Positions 13,407 through 26,500 of a stretch of 64,000 bases of DNA are shown here, piece by piece. A program made the translations under genes and the position numbers. Source of the stretch: Geosiphon pyriformis uo1 (lineage: Eukaryota; Fungi; Glomeromycota); contig JAAOMT010000633.1 in the NCBI GenBank assembly GCA_016748015.1, positions 9,112 to 73,111 of the forward strand, in the 5' to 3' direction. The notes beneath the pieces were generated by a model. That model had not been told where the DNA came from, did no database searches, and saw only the letters and a list, made by a program, of their open reading frames with translations. Numbering within the stretch: position 1 is the stretch's first letter; every line of letters starts with the position of its first letter.

Positions 13407-13468
13407 TTTAGTGCTCTCTGTGAGGTATAATTTTACAGAGAACTAGCACTAACAACAACTATCTAAAA

Positions 13469-14538
13469 GTGGCAGAATCAGAAAGAATAGGGACAAACCA
13501 TTTAGGATTTGCTAAATTCTTATTTTAATATTACTGTTAACACTTGAGATTAACCAGCAATTACCTATTTACAGAATTAGCTTTTAATTTTTATATTAAC
13601 AAAAAAATTTCTTATTTTTTAGGAGCACCAGTAGATATTGAATTAGCAAGAGGAAATTTTTACAATAAATTAATTCAAAACACCAGCTTAGCAGTAAATC
13701 ATAATTTTGCATCTATTATTACTAAAATCAATAGAAAAATTAAAAATCACACTCAACAAAGATATTTAATCACTTACACAAACAAGGGCAAAGAAAAACT
13801 ACAAACACTAGCAGTAACACCTCAAAAAATACAATTACCTATTGGAAAAAAACAAGAGTTGAATTACTAACTAATCCATTATACTACTATATATCTGAAA
13901 GTGACATCAACATTTTATTAACAAGCACATTCACATCAAATACAAAAACAGCATTAGTCCAACTTTTGTTTTAAAATAAACAAAAGAAAGCAGAGTTATT
14001 AGAAACCTACAGTGATTATTTTGAAGAATTTAATTCATGATCACCAACATTATCAGAATTCTGATTACCACCATCTCAACCAGATTTTGGAACTGCAAGT
14101 CCTTGAAAAGTAACAGAATTAGAAGAAGAGAATGAAAAGCAAGAATTTAACTATAAAGAACCAATCTCAAAAAACCTGAAAATCCAAACTTTGATTGTTC
14201 TAACTCAGCAAAATCAAAACAATCCAAACTTTGATATTACTAATCAGCAAAACTTACTTCCAGTGATTATGATTGATCTATTACCAGTTGCTGTACTATC
14301 ACAACAGCCATAGCCACAATCTTAGCAACAACCACCACCACTACAATTTCAACAATAACTACAACAACCAATGGCCTATGCTTCAATTGCAAAACTTGAA
14401 AAATTCACCAACAAAGAGAATAATGCCCAAGCCTGATTGAACAGCATCATTAAAGCAATCATAGCAAATAACTGAAATAATGCCAGAGCACTTCAAACAA
14501 TCTCATATTTTTTCTAAAATACTGCCAATTTATGGTAT
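13469..14538 (+). pseudogene. gag-pol: E2 ORF1 part 1: Gag N-terminal domain and start of capsid
   Basis: KVAES...NHLGF, ELAFNFYINKKI and MAYASIAKLEKF, homologous to E4/E5/E7. Confidence 0.85.
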
Positions 14539-15412
14539 TGTTATGGAATGGTTTTCTTGGTATATTTAATTGCCAATATCCCATTTTAATTGCAATCAGT
14601 CTCTCATGAGTTTCTTAATTCTATTTGTGTGATAATGTCACTGTTATACTAAAGGCTTTTTTTTTAATATCACGATGTAAGTTATTTTTCAATTCCTGAT
14701 TGTTGTGTGTGTTTATGTACTCCTTCTCAGAGGCTGAACTGAAATCTACTTGCTGTCTGGGGTCTTCTCCGAAGCTATCCTTGCAATTGCCTGATGTGTT
14801 TCTCTAATCTAGAAACATGAAATGTTAATGGTCTTTAGTGCTTTTTCTAATTCTCACAATAAAGCTTTTATCAATTAGTAATAAAGTAAATAATTTTGAT
14901 CAGGGATTATTTTTCCAAGGAATTCAGCTAATGAATGATAGTTTCATTCAATAATTAACACAAGTAAGTTTCTTACTACTTTGGGATTATAATAATTCAG
15001 TTTTAAATATTCTTTTTCATTTCTTTTTGATTTAAAAATTTCTTGGAATATTTAATTTAAAAGTATGATTTAAAGTAGAGTTTGTTGGATAAATTGGATC
15101 TCTTGCTTGATAAGTTATGATTTTTATTACTTGATTGATTTTTCTCAATATTAAAGCTACTGTATATATACATGTTTGTAGTTCTATGAGAAAACATATT
15201 GTAATACTTTCTTTTTAATATTTCAACCTAGTATTTGCTGCTATCACCAGTTGGTGTTGACTGCTATTGTGAACTGGTGCTTGTCACTATCACAAGATGA
15301 TGTTTATTACTATGTTAATTATTACCTTTCTAAGATTATTACTGTGCTATATTATAATTTAATAGTTTATATTATTTTTATGATTCTTTTTCTAAATTCT
15401 TAAATCATAACA
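14539..15412 (-). repeat. E3 3' LTR (874 bp)
   Basis: tgttatgg...cataaca; reverse complement of the E6 LTR at 35745-36610. Confidence 0.92.
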
Positions 15413-15425
15413 TTATCTCTTTCTT

Positions 15426-16094
15426 TCAAGATTGAGCTCTATTGAAATTGAAGTTAATTTTTTCATTAAATTCTAAGTTACTATAGTGGTCCAATACTGT
15501 GTTATTAATTTGTTGTTGTAATTTTTGAAATTGTGAATTGGTAAGTCATCCAATACTGTTGGTTGTTATTATGTTCATAGTTGGGTCTAACAATAGTTTG
15601 TGACAGTTTTCAAATGCTTTGAAAATTCTGTAAACTGTTTTTGAATGGAATGTAGTGTTGGTTTTTTCAATAAAAGATTTCAATAGCTGGATTGTTGTTT
15701 TGTCAAACATTTTAGTTGAGTCTTTTAAGTATAATGTTTGTATGTTCAAGTGCTTTCCTAGTTGATAATAATAGTAGTTAATTGGAAATTTCGTTTTCAA
15801 GTTGCTAAATATGTCTGGTATTAATTCATTTATTTTTATTTCTTCTATTATTAATATATTGCCCAATGCTATCTCTAATTTTTCAATAACTTTGCTGATA
15901 AATTTGTTGTTATGTTTGGTAATATTATATAGTTCAAAATTATGTTCTTTTCTTGTTTTTGGATTTTCTATTGTTCTTTTTATGTATGTTATTTTGGAGC
16001 TATTAACTGTGATTTTCAGATCAAATTTTAATTGTTGTAAGCTTTCAACTAATTGTTGAGCTATATAGTTGATGTTTTCTGGAATAAGTATCAT
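15426..16094 (-). pseudogene. E3 ORF3 (~222 aa, one internal TGA)
   Basis: MILIPENINYIAQQL...YYYQLGKHL...TVYRIFKAF...NRAQS*. Largely covered by track ORF 15546-16136. Confidence 0.8.
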
Positions 16095-16178
16095 TGTTTT
16101 AATTTTGACTGCTATTTTGGAATTTTTTGCATGCATTTTTATGGTTGTTAAATCATTTTTGCTGTGATCTAAGATTAC

Positions 16179-17558
16179 TTATCTTTTTGAATAATGTTTA
16201 ATTAAAACTATTGGTTCCAAATCTCATAAAATTTGTTCTGGTAGAATTAAAAGTAATTGTGTTCTAATTCTGGGTGTTTTTGTTGTTATTACTGGTTTAC
16301 TGTAATAGAATTTCAGCTGGTTATCATGTGCTGCTTTTCTTAATATTTTATCATTTAGTCTTAGCTTGTATGCTCTATTTCCAAGTATTTCATAATTATA
16401 AAATGGTCTATCCCACTTGTGATCAAATTTTTCACTCCATTGTTTTTCTATTTTTGTACGATGCAACAATACTTTATCTCCAATTTTGTAGCTAACTATA
16501 TTATTTGGTAACTGGTTATCATGTTTCACTTTTTGTTGTTCTTGTGATTGTTCAATATTTTGTGTTGCTTTTCTTCTTTTGTTTTCTAAAGTTTCCATTA
16601 ATTCATATGTTCTTCTAAATAGTGTTTTTTGGAATGTTGTTTCAGTGATAGTGTTACTTAGATAAGTTGGGATAGTAAGTTCAACTGGTAATGTGGCTTT
16701 TCTTCTATAAACTAGTTCAAATGGTGTGAATTGTGTAGTATTTTGTTTTATTGTTCTATATACTAATAGTATTGCTGGTATAAACAAATTCTATTCTTTT
16801 TTATGTTCATTACTAATTTTCACCAGTAATTTGCATAATGTGTGATTAAATCTTTCAACTAATTCATTTGTTTGTGAGTAATATGGTAATGACAGTGGTT
16901 GCTTGATTCCAAATTTTTGGCTAAGTTCATATAAAGTGCTATTTACAAAGTATTTGCCTTGATCTGATAGCAATTCTTGTGGACATCCATGCCAGCAAAT
17001 TAAGTCTTCATGTACGAATTGAGCTACGGAAATAGCATTAGCTGTTTTAATAGCTCTAGCTTCTGGCTATTTGGTAAAATAGTTTACAACTACTGCAATA
17101 TAACGATTGTTTCTTGTTGTTATTGGTAAGAGTCCAATTAAATCAATTCCAATTCTGTCAAATGGCTGTTTAACTTTTATTGGTCTTAATAATTCTGTTG
17201 TTTTTGCTTCTCCTTTTAATTAGCATGAGTCACAATTTCTTATGTATTGGATTATGTCTGAACTCATTTTTGGCCAATAGTAATGGCTAGTTGCACGTTG
17301 GATGGTTGCTGTTTTTCCAAAGTGGCCTAAATGAATATCTGAATGCATGTTAAATAAGATTATTTCTTTTTCATTTGTGGTTATAACTCTTAATGAATTA
17401 TCTGGATTTTGTTGATTCTGGTAATAAAATATGTAATTTTGGATGAAATAGTGTTTTGCTAATTTTTAGAGCTTAATTAGCTCTTTTACTGACATTTTTT
17501 CATCTATTTGTAGTGTTTCCAAGTATTGGCTGAGGTTTTTGTAAAGGTGGTTGTTTAT
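16179..17558 (-). pseudogene. int: E3 integrase, separate ORF (1380 bp)
   Basis: HHCC remnant, LSDQG, VERFN and KWDRPF. Same length as E6 IN; the start is decayed to ATA. Confidence 0.88.
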
Positions 17559-17587
17559 TGTTGTTGTGGCAGGTGGGTTGGTAATTT

Positions 17588-20023
17588 TTATGTGTGTCTC
17601 ATTCTTGACAAATAGTTAGCATTAGCATTTTTGGTATCTTCTTTGTATTTGATAATATAATTATATGGTGCTAATGTTTGTAACTATTTGGTGTATTTTC
17701 CTTTTAGCACTTTTTTGTTATTTAACCAGATTAAACCTCTATGATCTGTGGTAATCTCAAAAAGTTGGTACTGTAAATATGTGTCAAAGTGAACACAACT
17801 TCAGACTACTACTAAGCATTAAAGTTTGTGTGCTATGTAGTTTTGCTCTGCCGTACTGAGACTTCTGCTAACATAAGTGATTATATTTTCTTTTCTATTA
17901 TCATTTTTTTCTAACAGAATGGCTCCAAGTCCAGTTCCAGAAACATCTGTAGCCAAAATAAATTTCTTGTTGAAATTCGGATAGATCATTATTGGTATTT
18001 TAATGAGCTTTTGTCTAAGGTACTCAAAAGCTTTTTGTTGTGCTTTAGTCTATTCAAATTTCACATTTTTGGATAGTAGGTAATTAAGGGATTTGGTAAT
18101 GTTTAAAAAGTTTTCTACAAAGTGGCAGTAGTAAGATGCGAGTCCTAAAAAGCTTCTAACTTCTGAAATGTTTTGAGGTACTGGAAAATTTTTCACTTTG
18201 TCTATTTTTGATGAATTTGGTTTTATTCTATCTTTTCCAATTACGTGTCCTAAAAATACTAGCTCATTTTTCCCAAAGAAACATTTTTCTAAATTTAGTT
18301 TAAGTCTAGCATGTCTCAATCTCTCAAAAACTTGTTGCAAATGTTGGAGATGATCCGTGAATTTTAACAAGAAAACATTTGTATCATCCAAGTAGACAAC
18401 AATAGATTGCCACAGGATTTTGAAGTAAATTAAGTTCATTAGTCTTTGGAATGTCATAAGAGTGTTTGTCAATTCAAATGGCATTACATTAAACTCATAA
18501 TTGCCATTTTGTGTTGTGAATGCTGTTTTATGCCTGTCCTTTGGGTCCATTTCCACTTACCAGTATCTACTGATCAAGTCTAGTGTAGAAAACCATTTTG
18601 CTCCTTCAAAAACGTCAAAAATTTCGTCAATTAACAGTATTGGATATGAGTCTTTGGTTGTTTTGCTGTTTAGTTTATGATAGTTGACACAAAATCTAAT
18701 TTGTTCATTCTTTTTCCTTACTAAAACAACTGATAAGAACCATTGATTCATTGATAGTTGGATTATTTCTTTTTCCAACATGCTTTGGACTTTTTCTCTG
18801 ATAAAATTATGCTCCATTAGTGGAACATGGTAAGCACATTGTTTTTCAGATCTGGCATCTCCAGTGGAAATTTGGTGTTGAACCAAATTGGTTCTTCCAA
18901 ATTTGTCATTTCATAAAAATATATCAGAGTATTTTAAAATTAATGCTTTTAATTGTCACTGTTGGTCAGGATCCATTGTTTCAATATTTAATTTGGCCAA
19001 TTTTTCTGGTGTAAATTGATAGCATTCCAATGGTTGTTGCCAATTTATTAAAGTGAGTTCACAGTAGAGGGCAATTTCTGGGAAATTTAAAATTTCTTGT
19101 GATGTTGACACGTTTTCTAACTCTGTTCTGAGGTATCCAATGATGGTATCTTCCGAAATGTAGACAAGTTCTTCTGTGGTGTTTGCAATAGAAATTTTTA
19201 TCTATTAAGCTTTATTAGCTGGAATAAAAAAATTAGTAAGTCCTATGAGAAACTGTTGACAAGTTTCTGGGTAGAGCTCAAATATTAGGTCTTTTTCTTT
19301 AATTGTCTTTTTTATTCTTATTTCTGATTTTTTATATGGTAGGAGCATGATAGACTGCTCAGTTTTAATTACTTTGCCTTTTTCTTCTATTGTTTCAGCA
19401 AAATTTGCTTCAATTTCTTTTCCTGTCGATCTGAAACCAAAAGTTCCTTTCATTATTTGTAACAATTCCTCACAATTTTTTACTGGCACAAATTTCCCAA
19501 TTTTTACCAATGGTAGAAAAATTGCTTGTGCAATTTTTTCCTTAGATTCAATGATATAAGGCTTTTCTGAATTGTTCTGTAGTAAAACCATCAAATTTCC
19601 AGAGTATCCAGAGTCACTTACTCTTCCTTAAACACTTATTCTTTTTTTCACAAGACTTGATTGTGATGCTATTTGAATCATTATTTCTGGGGGAATTTCA
19701 ACCACTATTTTTAGGTCAATTTTGGTGATGCTTCTGGGTGGATTTGTCTTTCAGATAACATAGATCAAATCCAGTGTCAGTTGGATAGGCTCTTTTGGGT
19801 ATTATTCTTAAGTGTCTGTTGTCAAAATATTGGATGTCAATCATCTGTTCTAGGTCAGTATAGACTACAAATTTTTTTGACTCAGGACCATCAAATGAGT
19901 CTTGTTGATTTATTGATTGATTTTGAGACTGCTGATTCTCAATTTCTATTTTTCTTTCTAAGTCTCTTTTGTCTTGACACTCTTCACAGCACTGAATTTG
20001 GCACGGGATAAGACAGTTTTTGC
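17588..20023 (-). pseudogene. gag-pol: E3 ORF1 part 2: dUTPase-RT-RNase H
   Basis: TGFDL, KIAQAIF, FGFRSTG, YLDD; ends SRMRHT*. Confidence 0.9.
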
Positions 20024-20877
20024 TGTTATAGGTAACTATTTCTGGTGTTAAATTAAATAACAAACCCATAACTTGGTGCTAAAAGTTATTTGCATTGATG
20101 TTATTAATCTGAAGGTTTTGTATCTAAAGGTTTCAGTTTGAGTTCTTTGTATAATAAACAGAGATTCAATAGTGGTTTTATCCATAGCTTCTCAGAATCA
20201 CAATTTTGTCAATTTTTCTCTCGGTATGATGGCCAGCAATTCTCTAGTAAGTATTTCATATTTTTTGTATGTGTCCTACTCTCTTGCAAGAGTCTTTTAC
20301 CAAGCAATCTTTAATGTCAGTAATCTAGCACTTTATTCACCCAATTAGTGCACAACAATAAAATAAAAATAAAATAAAAAAAAGAAATAAAAGAAAATAA
20401 AGAAAAAAAAAAAATAAGCCAAGATGATTTGCAAGTTAATATTCCGTCAATAGCTGTGATCAAGAGCTATTGTTCCAGTGTGGTTAAGTATCAATTATTA
20501 TCAACATGGAGTGTTGATAGTGGAATTAGGTTTGAGATACCAAATAGTTATTTATTGTGTTTGGAAAGTTGTCTAGATGAAATCTAAACTTGGAGGTCTG
20601 TTTCTTTTAGCTTCTCATACTACTGCTATATATACATAATTAAGATTTCTCAATTCCTCAATTTTTCACAACAGGAATTCTGGAATTTCTGGAATGCTGC
20701 AATTTCTTTGAGAAGAATCCTGGAATTCTGGAATCCTGCAATTCCTCGTAAGACTCCTGTAATTTCTGGGATCCTGCAATTCCTGAGAAAAATCCTGGAA
20801 TTCCACATTTACTACATCTACTTCTGATTGGCTAATAACTATGCTAATATATATTCCCTATATTTCTATGAGTAACA
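20024..20877 (-). repeat. E4 3' LTR (854 bp)
   Basis: Direct repeat of 48829-49682. Confidence 0.93.
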
Positions 20878-20890
20878 TTATTCCCTCCTT

Positions 20891-21520
20891 TTAATATTGA
20901 GCTCCATTGAAATCCAATTCTGTTAATTCCCTCTCTTGAAGTATTTTCTGAATTTTGTTTTTGAGAATTACTTGTGCTATTTGAGTCTGTAATTCTTCAA
21001 ATTGAGTGTTGGTGATCTTTCCTAATTGATTATTGGTAACTGTATCTATTGCTTTGTTGAGTAAGATTCTTGGTCAATTTTAAAATGCTGTGTGTATTCG
21101 GTATATGGCTTGGATCTGTGTGGATAAGTTGTTCTTTCTCACAAAATGTTCTAATTGTTGTAGTATTCTTGTGTCAAATAATTACTTTGTTTTATCTGTA
21201 TATAGATTCTAGATATTCACGTGTTGTCCCAAGTAAAAATAACAATAGTTTCTTGGAAATTGTTGTATCCACCAATTCCAAGTTTCTTTAGTCAACTCTT
21301 GGTATAGTGACTCTTTTGACGACTCTTTTATTGCTAATTTTACTTTTGCTATGATTTTGTCAATAGTATTTTCTGTTTTCTTCTGTGTTCTATGTGGCGA
21401 TGTCTTTCTAGTGTCTTGATATTAGATGGTTTGTTGATTAATTGTAATTTCCATCTCTTGGTGTTGAATTAATTAAAAGAGTTGTTGTGCTAGTGAGTAG
21501 ATGTTGTTTGTAATTTCCAT
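20891..21520 (-). pseudogene. E4 ORF3 (630 bp)
   Basis: MEITNNIYSLAQQL...WNWWIQQFPRNYCYFYLGQHV...DFNGAQY*. Same length as E5 ORF3. Confidence 0.8.
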
Positions 21521-21545
21521 TTTTTTGATATTTCTTGTCACATCT

Positions 21546-22580
21546 ACCATGTCTTTATATATTCTTTTGATGGATTAATTAATGTGTTGTTGTCAATAAT
21601 AATGATTGGTTCCAGATCTTGTAAAATCTCCTCTGGTTGGACTAGTATCTTCTGTACTCTTAATTGTAGAATATTATTGGTGGATTGTGATGTAATGTTG
21701 TGGTATGGTTTTAGTCAATCTCTATGTGCTGCTTTGGTTAAGATTTTGTTATCCAGTCTTAATTTGTAAGCTCTATTTCCTAGAATTTCTTCTATGTGAA
21801 ATGGTCCATCCTATTTGGAGTCAAATTTTCCACTTCATTGTTTTTCCGCTTTGGTATGATGTAAGAGTACTTTGTCTTCAATTTTGAATTCAACTGGTTT
21901 GTTTAATAGTTGATTATCATGTCTTTCCTTCTGTTTTTTTGTAACTTTTGTATGTTATCAGCTGCTTTTCTTTGTTTGTTTTCTAATGTTTCCATTAGGT
22001 CATATGTTTTTCATAATAATGTCTCTTGGAAATTCTCTTTTGTTATTGGTTCAGTTAGATATGTGTTAACCTCTATCTCAACTGGTAATGTTGCTGTTTT
22101 ACCATATATTAATTTAAATGGTGTTGCTTGTGTGGTGTCTTGTTTTATTGTCTGATAAGCAAATAATACTAATAGTATGAACAAATCCTATTTGTCCTGG
22201 TTTTCTTGGCTGAGTTTTGCTATTGCTTTACACAATGTTCTATTAAATCTTTCAACTAATCTATTGGTTTGTAGATAGTATGGTGATGATAGTGGTCTCT
22301 TAATTCCGAATCTTTGGCTTAGTTCTGCTAATGTTCTATTCACAAAATAGGTTTCTTGGTCTGATAATAGGTTTTTTGGACATTCATGTCAACAAATCAG
22401 ATCTTGATGGATGAATTTGGCAATGAATTCTGCATCCACTTTTTGGATTGCTTTTGCTTCTGGCCATTTAGTAAGATAGTCCATGACTACTACAATGTAT
22501 CTATTGCTTCTGCTGGTAATTGTCAATGGTCTGACTAAATTAATTCCAATGTGGTCAAATGGTTGTCCCACTTTGATTGG
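21546..22580 (-). pseudogene. int: E4 integrase, core and C-terminal part (N-terminal part at 42101-42479)
   Basis: KPLRP|IKVGQPFDHIGI is joined across the E5 insertion; MDYLTKWPEA; GPF module. Confidence 0.88.
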
Positions 22581-23470
22581 TGTTATTCATAGAATATAGG
22601 AAATATAGTATTATTAGTCAGTAGATATTAGTCATCAGAAGTAGACATAGTAAATGTGAAATTCCAGAATTCCTCTCAGAGGAATTGCAGGATTCCAGGA
22701 ATTTCAGGATTCTCTGATGAGGAATTGCAGAATTCCAGAATTCCAGAATTTTTTTTATCAGGAATCGCAAGATTCCAAGAATTCCAGGATTCCTGTCGCA
22801 AAGAATTAAGGAATTGAGGAATCTCACTTATGTATATATAGCAGTAGAATTAGAAGCTGAAAAGGCAGATCTCTCAGTTTAGATTTAATCTAAGCAACAT
22901 TCCAGTTCTCAATCATCAAATAAATAATTATTCTATATCTCAACTCACTCTTTACTATCAACACTTTATGTTGATAGTAATTGATACTTAACCACGCTAG
23001 AACAATAGCTTTTAATCACGGCTATTGACGAGATACTAACATACCAAATTGTCTTGGCTTATTTTATCTATTTTCTTTATTTTTATTTTCTTTATTTTAT
23101 TTTCTTTCTTTTTTTGATTTTGTTGTTGTATACTAATTGATTAAAAAATTAAGCACTGAGTTATTGATGTCAAGGATAGCCTGGTAAAAGACCCAGAAAT
23201 AAGGGTAGGATTTTATATATTATCAGATAGCTTACCAGAAGGGCATGACTGCCAGACTAAATCAGGCCACCATGCTGAGAAAAAAATTGAGAAAACTTTT
23301 GGAAAGATACATCTACTATCAACACTATTAAATCTCTGTCCATTATACAAAGGACTTCATCAAAATCTTCAGATACAATACTTGCAGAACTTTATCCACA
23401 GAAGTAGCTTTTGAGCACCAAGTTACAGGTTTGTTATTTAATTCAACAGCAGAAATAATCACCTGTAACA
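22581..23470 (+). repeat. E5 5' LTR (890 bp)
   Basis: tgttattcatagaa...acctgtaaca; direct repeat of 41227-42100. Confidence 0.95.
22655..22845 (+). promoter_or_regulatory. U3 array of degenerate GAATTCCA/GGATTCC units followed by a TATA-like box (tatatata, ~22833-22840)
   Basis: The same array plus TATATATAGCAGTAG occurs in all E4, E5 and E7 LTRs. Promoter function is inferred from position. Confidence 0.6.
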
Positions 23471-23472
23471 TT

Positions 23473-23489
23473 TGGTGCTCCCTGTAAAA
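23473..23489 (+). other. Primer-binding site of E5 (family consensus TGGTGCTCCCTGTGAGG)
   Basis: Lies 2 nt after the LTR and starts TGG. Homologous sites at 6314, 13409, 48810-48826(-) and 59371. Confidence 0.8.
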
Positions 23490-23532
23490 TATAATCTTAC
23501 AGAGAACCAGCACCAACAACACCAAACCAAAA

Positions 23533-26500
23533 GTAGCAGAATCAGAAATAATAGAGACAAACCATCTAGGATTCGCAAAATCATTATTTCAACAGTACAG
23601 CCAGCAGTTAGGCCTAAACAACAACCATTACCCAGCAGAATCAGCTTTCAACTTTTACGTCAATGAAAGAATCACAGATTTCCTAGGAAGACCAATTGAC
23701 ATTGAATCAGCAAGAGAAAATTTCTATTTGGAACTAATCTAACACACCAACTTACTCAGAAATCACAGCTTTGCACCCATCATTAAAGAAATCAACTAAG
23801 AAATTGAAAGATATACACAAAAAACATTCCCTATTACTTACCAGGACAAAGACAAAGAAAAACTACAAACACCAGCAGTAACACTCAAAGGAATACAAAT
23901 TCTTAATTGGAAGAAACAAAGAATTAAATCTTTGATATATCCATCATATTATCACATGCCTGGAAGTACCATCAACATCACATCAGTAGACACGTCTATC
24001 AATACAAAGACACTGTAGCAAAAATTGCATTTTGGAGTAAACAAAAGAAAAATGAACTATTAGGAGCATATGGCAATTATTTTGAAGGATTTAAATTGAG
24101 ATCGCCAACACCATCAGGATTTCAATCACCACCTTATCAGCCAGATTTTGGAACCGTCAGTCTCTGGGAAATTACTGAATTAGAAGAAAAAAAAGACGAG
24201 GATCAAGAATTTAATTACCAAAACCTGATGCTAAAAGACCCGAACATTCAAACTCAGCAACATTTAGAAAATTCGGAAATCAAAACTCCGAATATTCGAA
24301 CTCCGCCAAATCAAAGAAATCAAAACCCCAAGTTAATTTATCAACCAAATTTACCTTCAGTTATTGTCATCAATCAACCATCTATTGAGCTGATCGGTAA
24401 GCCAATTAAACTACTTCAAGTACCATCCCAACAACTGTTACCTCTTTAACAACCACTTTAACAGCCACCACAACCACCCAACTTAGATTTAATGGCCTAC
24501 GCACCAATTGCAAAACTTGACAACTTTATCAGCAAAGAGAACGACACTCAAGTATGGCTGAATAATGTAGAAAAAACCATCACAGCCAATAGATGGAATG
24601 ACGCCTGGGCAATACAAGCCATTCTCTACTTTCTCAAGGATACTGCTGATTCATAGTACCAAAGCTTGATTAATAAACCACAAGATTTCAATGCCTTCAA
24701 AGTGGAATTTCTAAGATACTTCAGCAACAATAACAGCATCAATTGCCTAGTCAATATATTTACCACCATGAAACAAGGAGAAACTGAAGCAGTCACCACT
24801 TACCTGAGATGCTTCCATTGAAATCTGTGCCAAATTCAAGCAATTGATGCCAACTACTTCACAGCACCACAAATCCTCAACCAGTTTATCCGTGGCCTGC
24901 ACAGCAGCATCCTGCAACATGTACGTCCATTGCATTCAGGCACACTTCAAGACACAGTCACATGCACCAGAGATTTTGAATCCATTGAGTTAGAGACCAA
25001 CCACATCCAAGCCATTAATCTAGTAATGAACAGATCATCTGAATTGGATTCCAAATTGGAGAAGTTCAGTGAATCAATTAATAAGAGATTAGAAGGATAC
25101 TTAACTGACAATTACACCATTTATCAGCCTCCACAACGACGCAATAATCAAGGAAACTCTACTTGTGGCCAAAATCAACCACGTTCATCTTCATCAGCCA
25201 ATCAACAGTGGCAACAGGAAACACATATCTGCCACTATTGTGGTAGACAAGGACATATTCAAATCAACTGCTGCCAGTGTTTAAATAACCAATGATTGGG
25301 AAATCAATATCAAAATCCTGATTGCTGGTTCTCAACTCCAAATCATCAATCAAACTCAACACAATATCAAACTACTTACTTGCCAATGATACAGCAATCA
25401 ATTTATCAACCACCAGTATATCAAGTTCCAACTTATCAACCAACGGCCCCAATTTATTAGCCACAGCCACAGGTAATATATCAACCACAACTGCCAACAA
25501 TCTATCGACCCCAAACAATTCAGATCTCACCACAAAACTTACTAGCCAGTAGAATCCAAAGACTGAGAATTACACAACAAAACTGGAGATCATCGATGGT
25601 AGTTTATCAGCCAATCCTCAGCTTTTTCAGTCAAACAGGATCTCGTCAATGGAATTTGGGTGCCAGGAATTCCCAAAACCCAAATTTCCAGAACTATTTA
25701 AGTCTCCTGGTTACCCCAGAAGACGTCTCACCCAGCAACCAGGAACCCACCCAAAAACAACAAACATGTACCAGCAATATTTCACCAGCAACAGTCACCA
25801 ATGACAAATCACTGGACACCATTTTCTTATTCAAACTCGAGAAACTGTCAACTATGCCATTATTTAGTAGAGCCGTACTGGAAGAAAAGCCAATTACTGC
25901 CATATACACTAATGCAAAAATTGATGGCTATCTCATCAAACTAATTCTTAACAGTGGTTCAGCAGGCAGTATCATTACACGACAACTCATGGATCAATTA
26001 GGTTGCTGAGTTGATCGTGCTGCTAGCACCAGAATCATCACAGCTGATGGAGAGACCAAAACTCCAATCGGTGAAATCGATGACTTACCAATCAAAATTA
26101 ACGGCATTACAGTACCAATCAAAGTACTCGTTATGGAAGCCACCTAATACTAAGCTCTAGTTGGTAATAACTGGCTGTCTAAGACAAACGCCACTCTGAA
26201 CTGGAATACACAAGAGCTTCAACTTAGCCAGAATGGGCAACACACGTGAGCACCAGCAACATGTGGCCACTTTAAGGCTACCAACACCACGGCACCACTA
26301 ATCAATTTCGAGAAAGAAAAACCAAAACCTACCTGGGAAGCCTACCAAGTGTCGTGGGCTGATGAAGAGCACAATGAGCTGCCACCAATACTCTCTTGGG
26401 ATGACAACAGAAAAGAAAAGCAGACAAATGAACTTACCTGGAAAACTGATGATCTGACTTGGACCGACAACAAACAAGAAGAAACCTCCAGTTGGGAATA

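Noticed and set aside
15802-16059. Hydrophobic antisense ORFs (also 35098-35355, 21910-22155 and similar) as membrane proteins
   Set aside because: They are the reverse strand of A-rich coding sequence, which yields F/L/I/V-rich shadows; recurrence only reflects element homology.
20645-20805. GAATTCC-rich repeats as a CRISPR array or satellite
   Set aside because: The units are 8-9 bp, degenerate, lack unique spacers, and sit at the same place in every E4/E5/E7 LTR.
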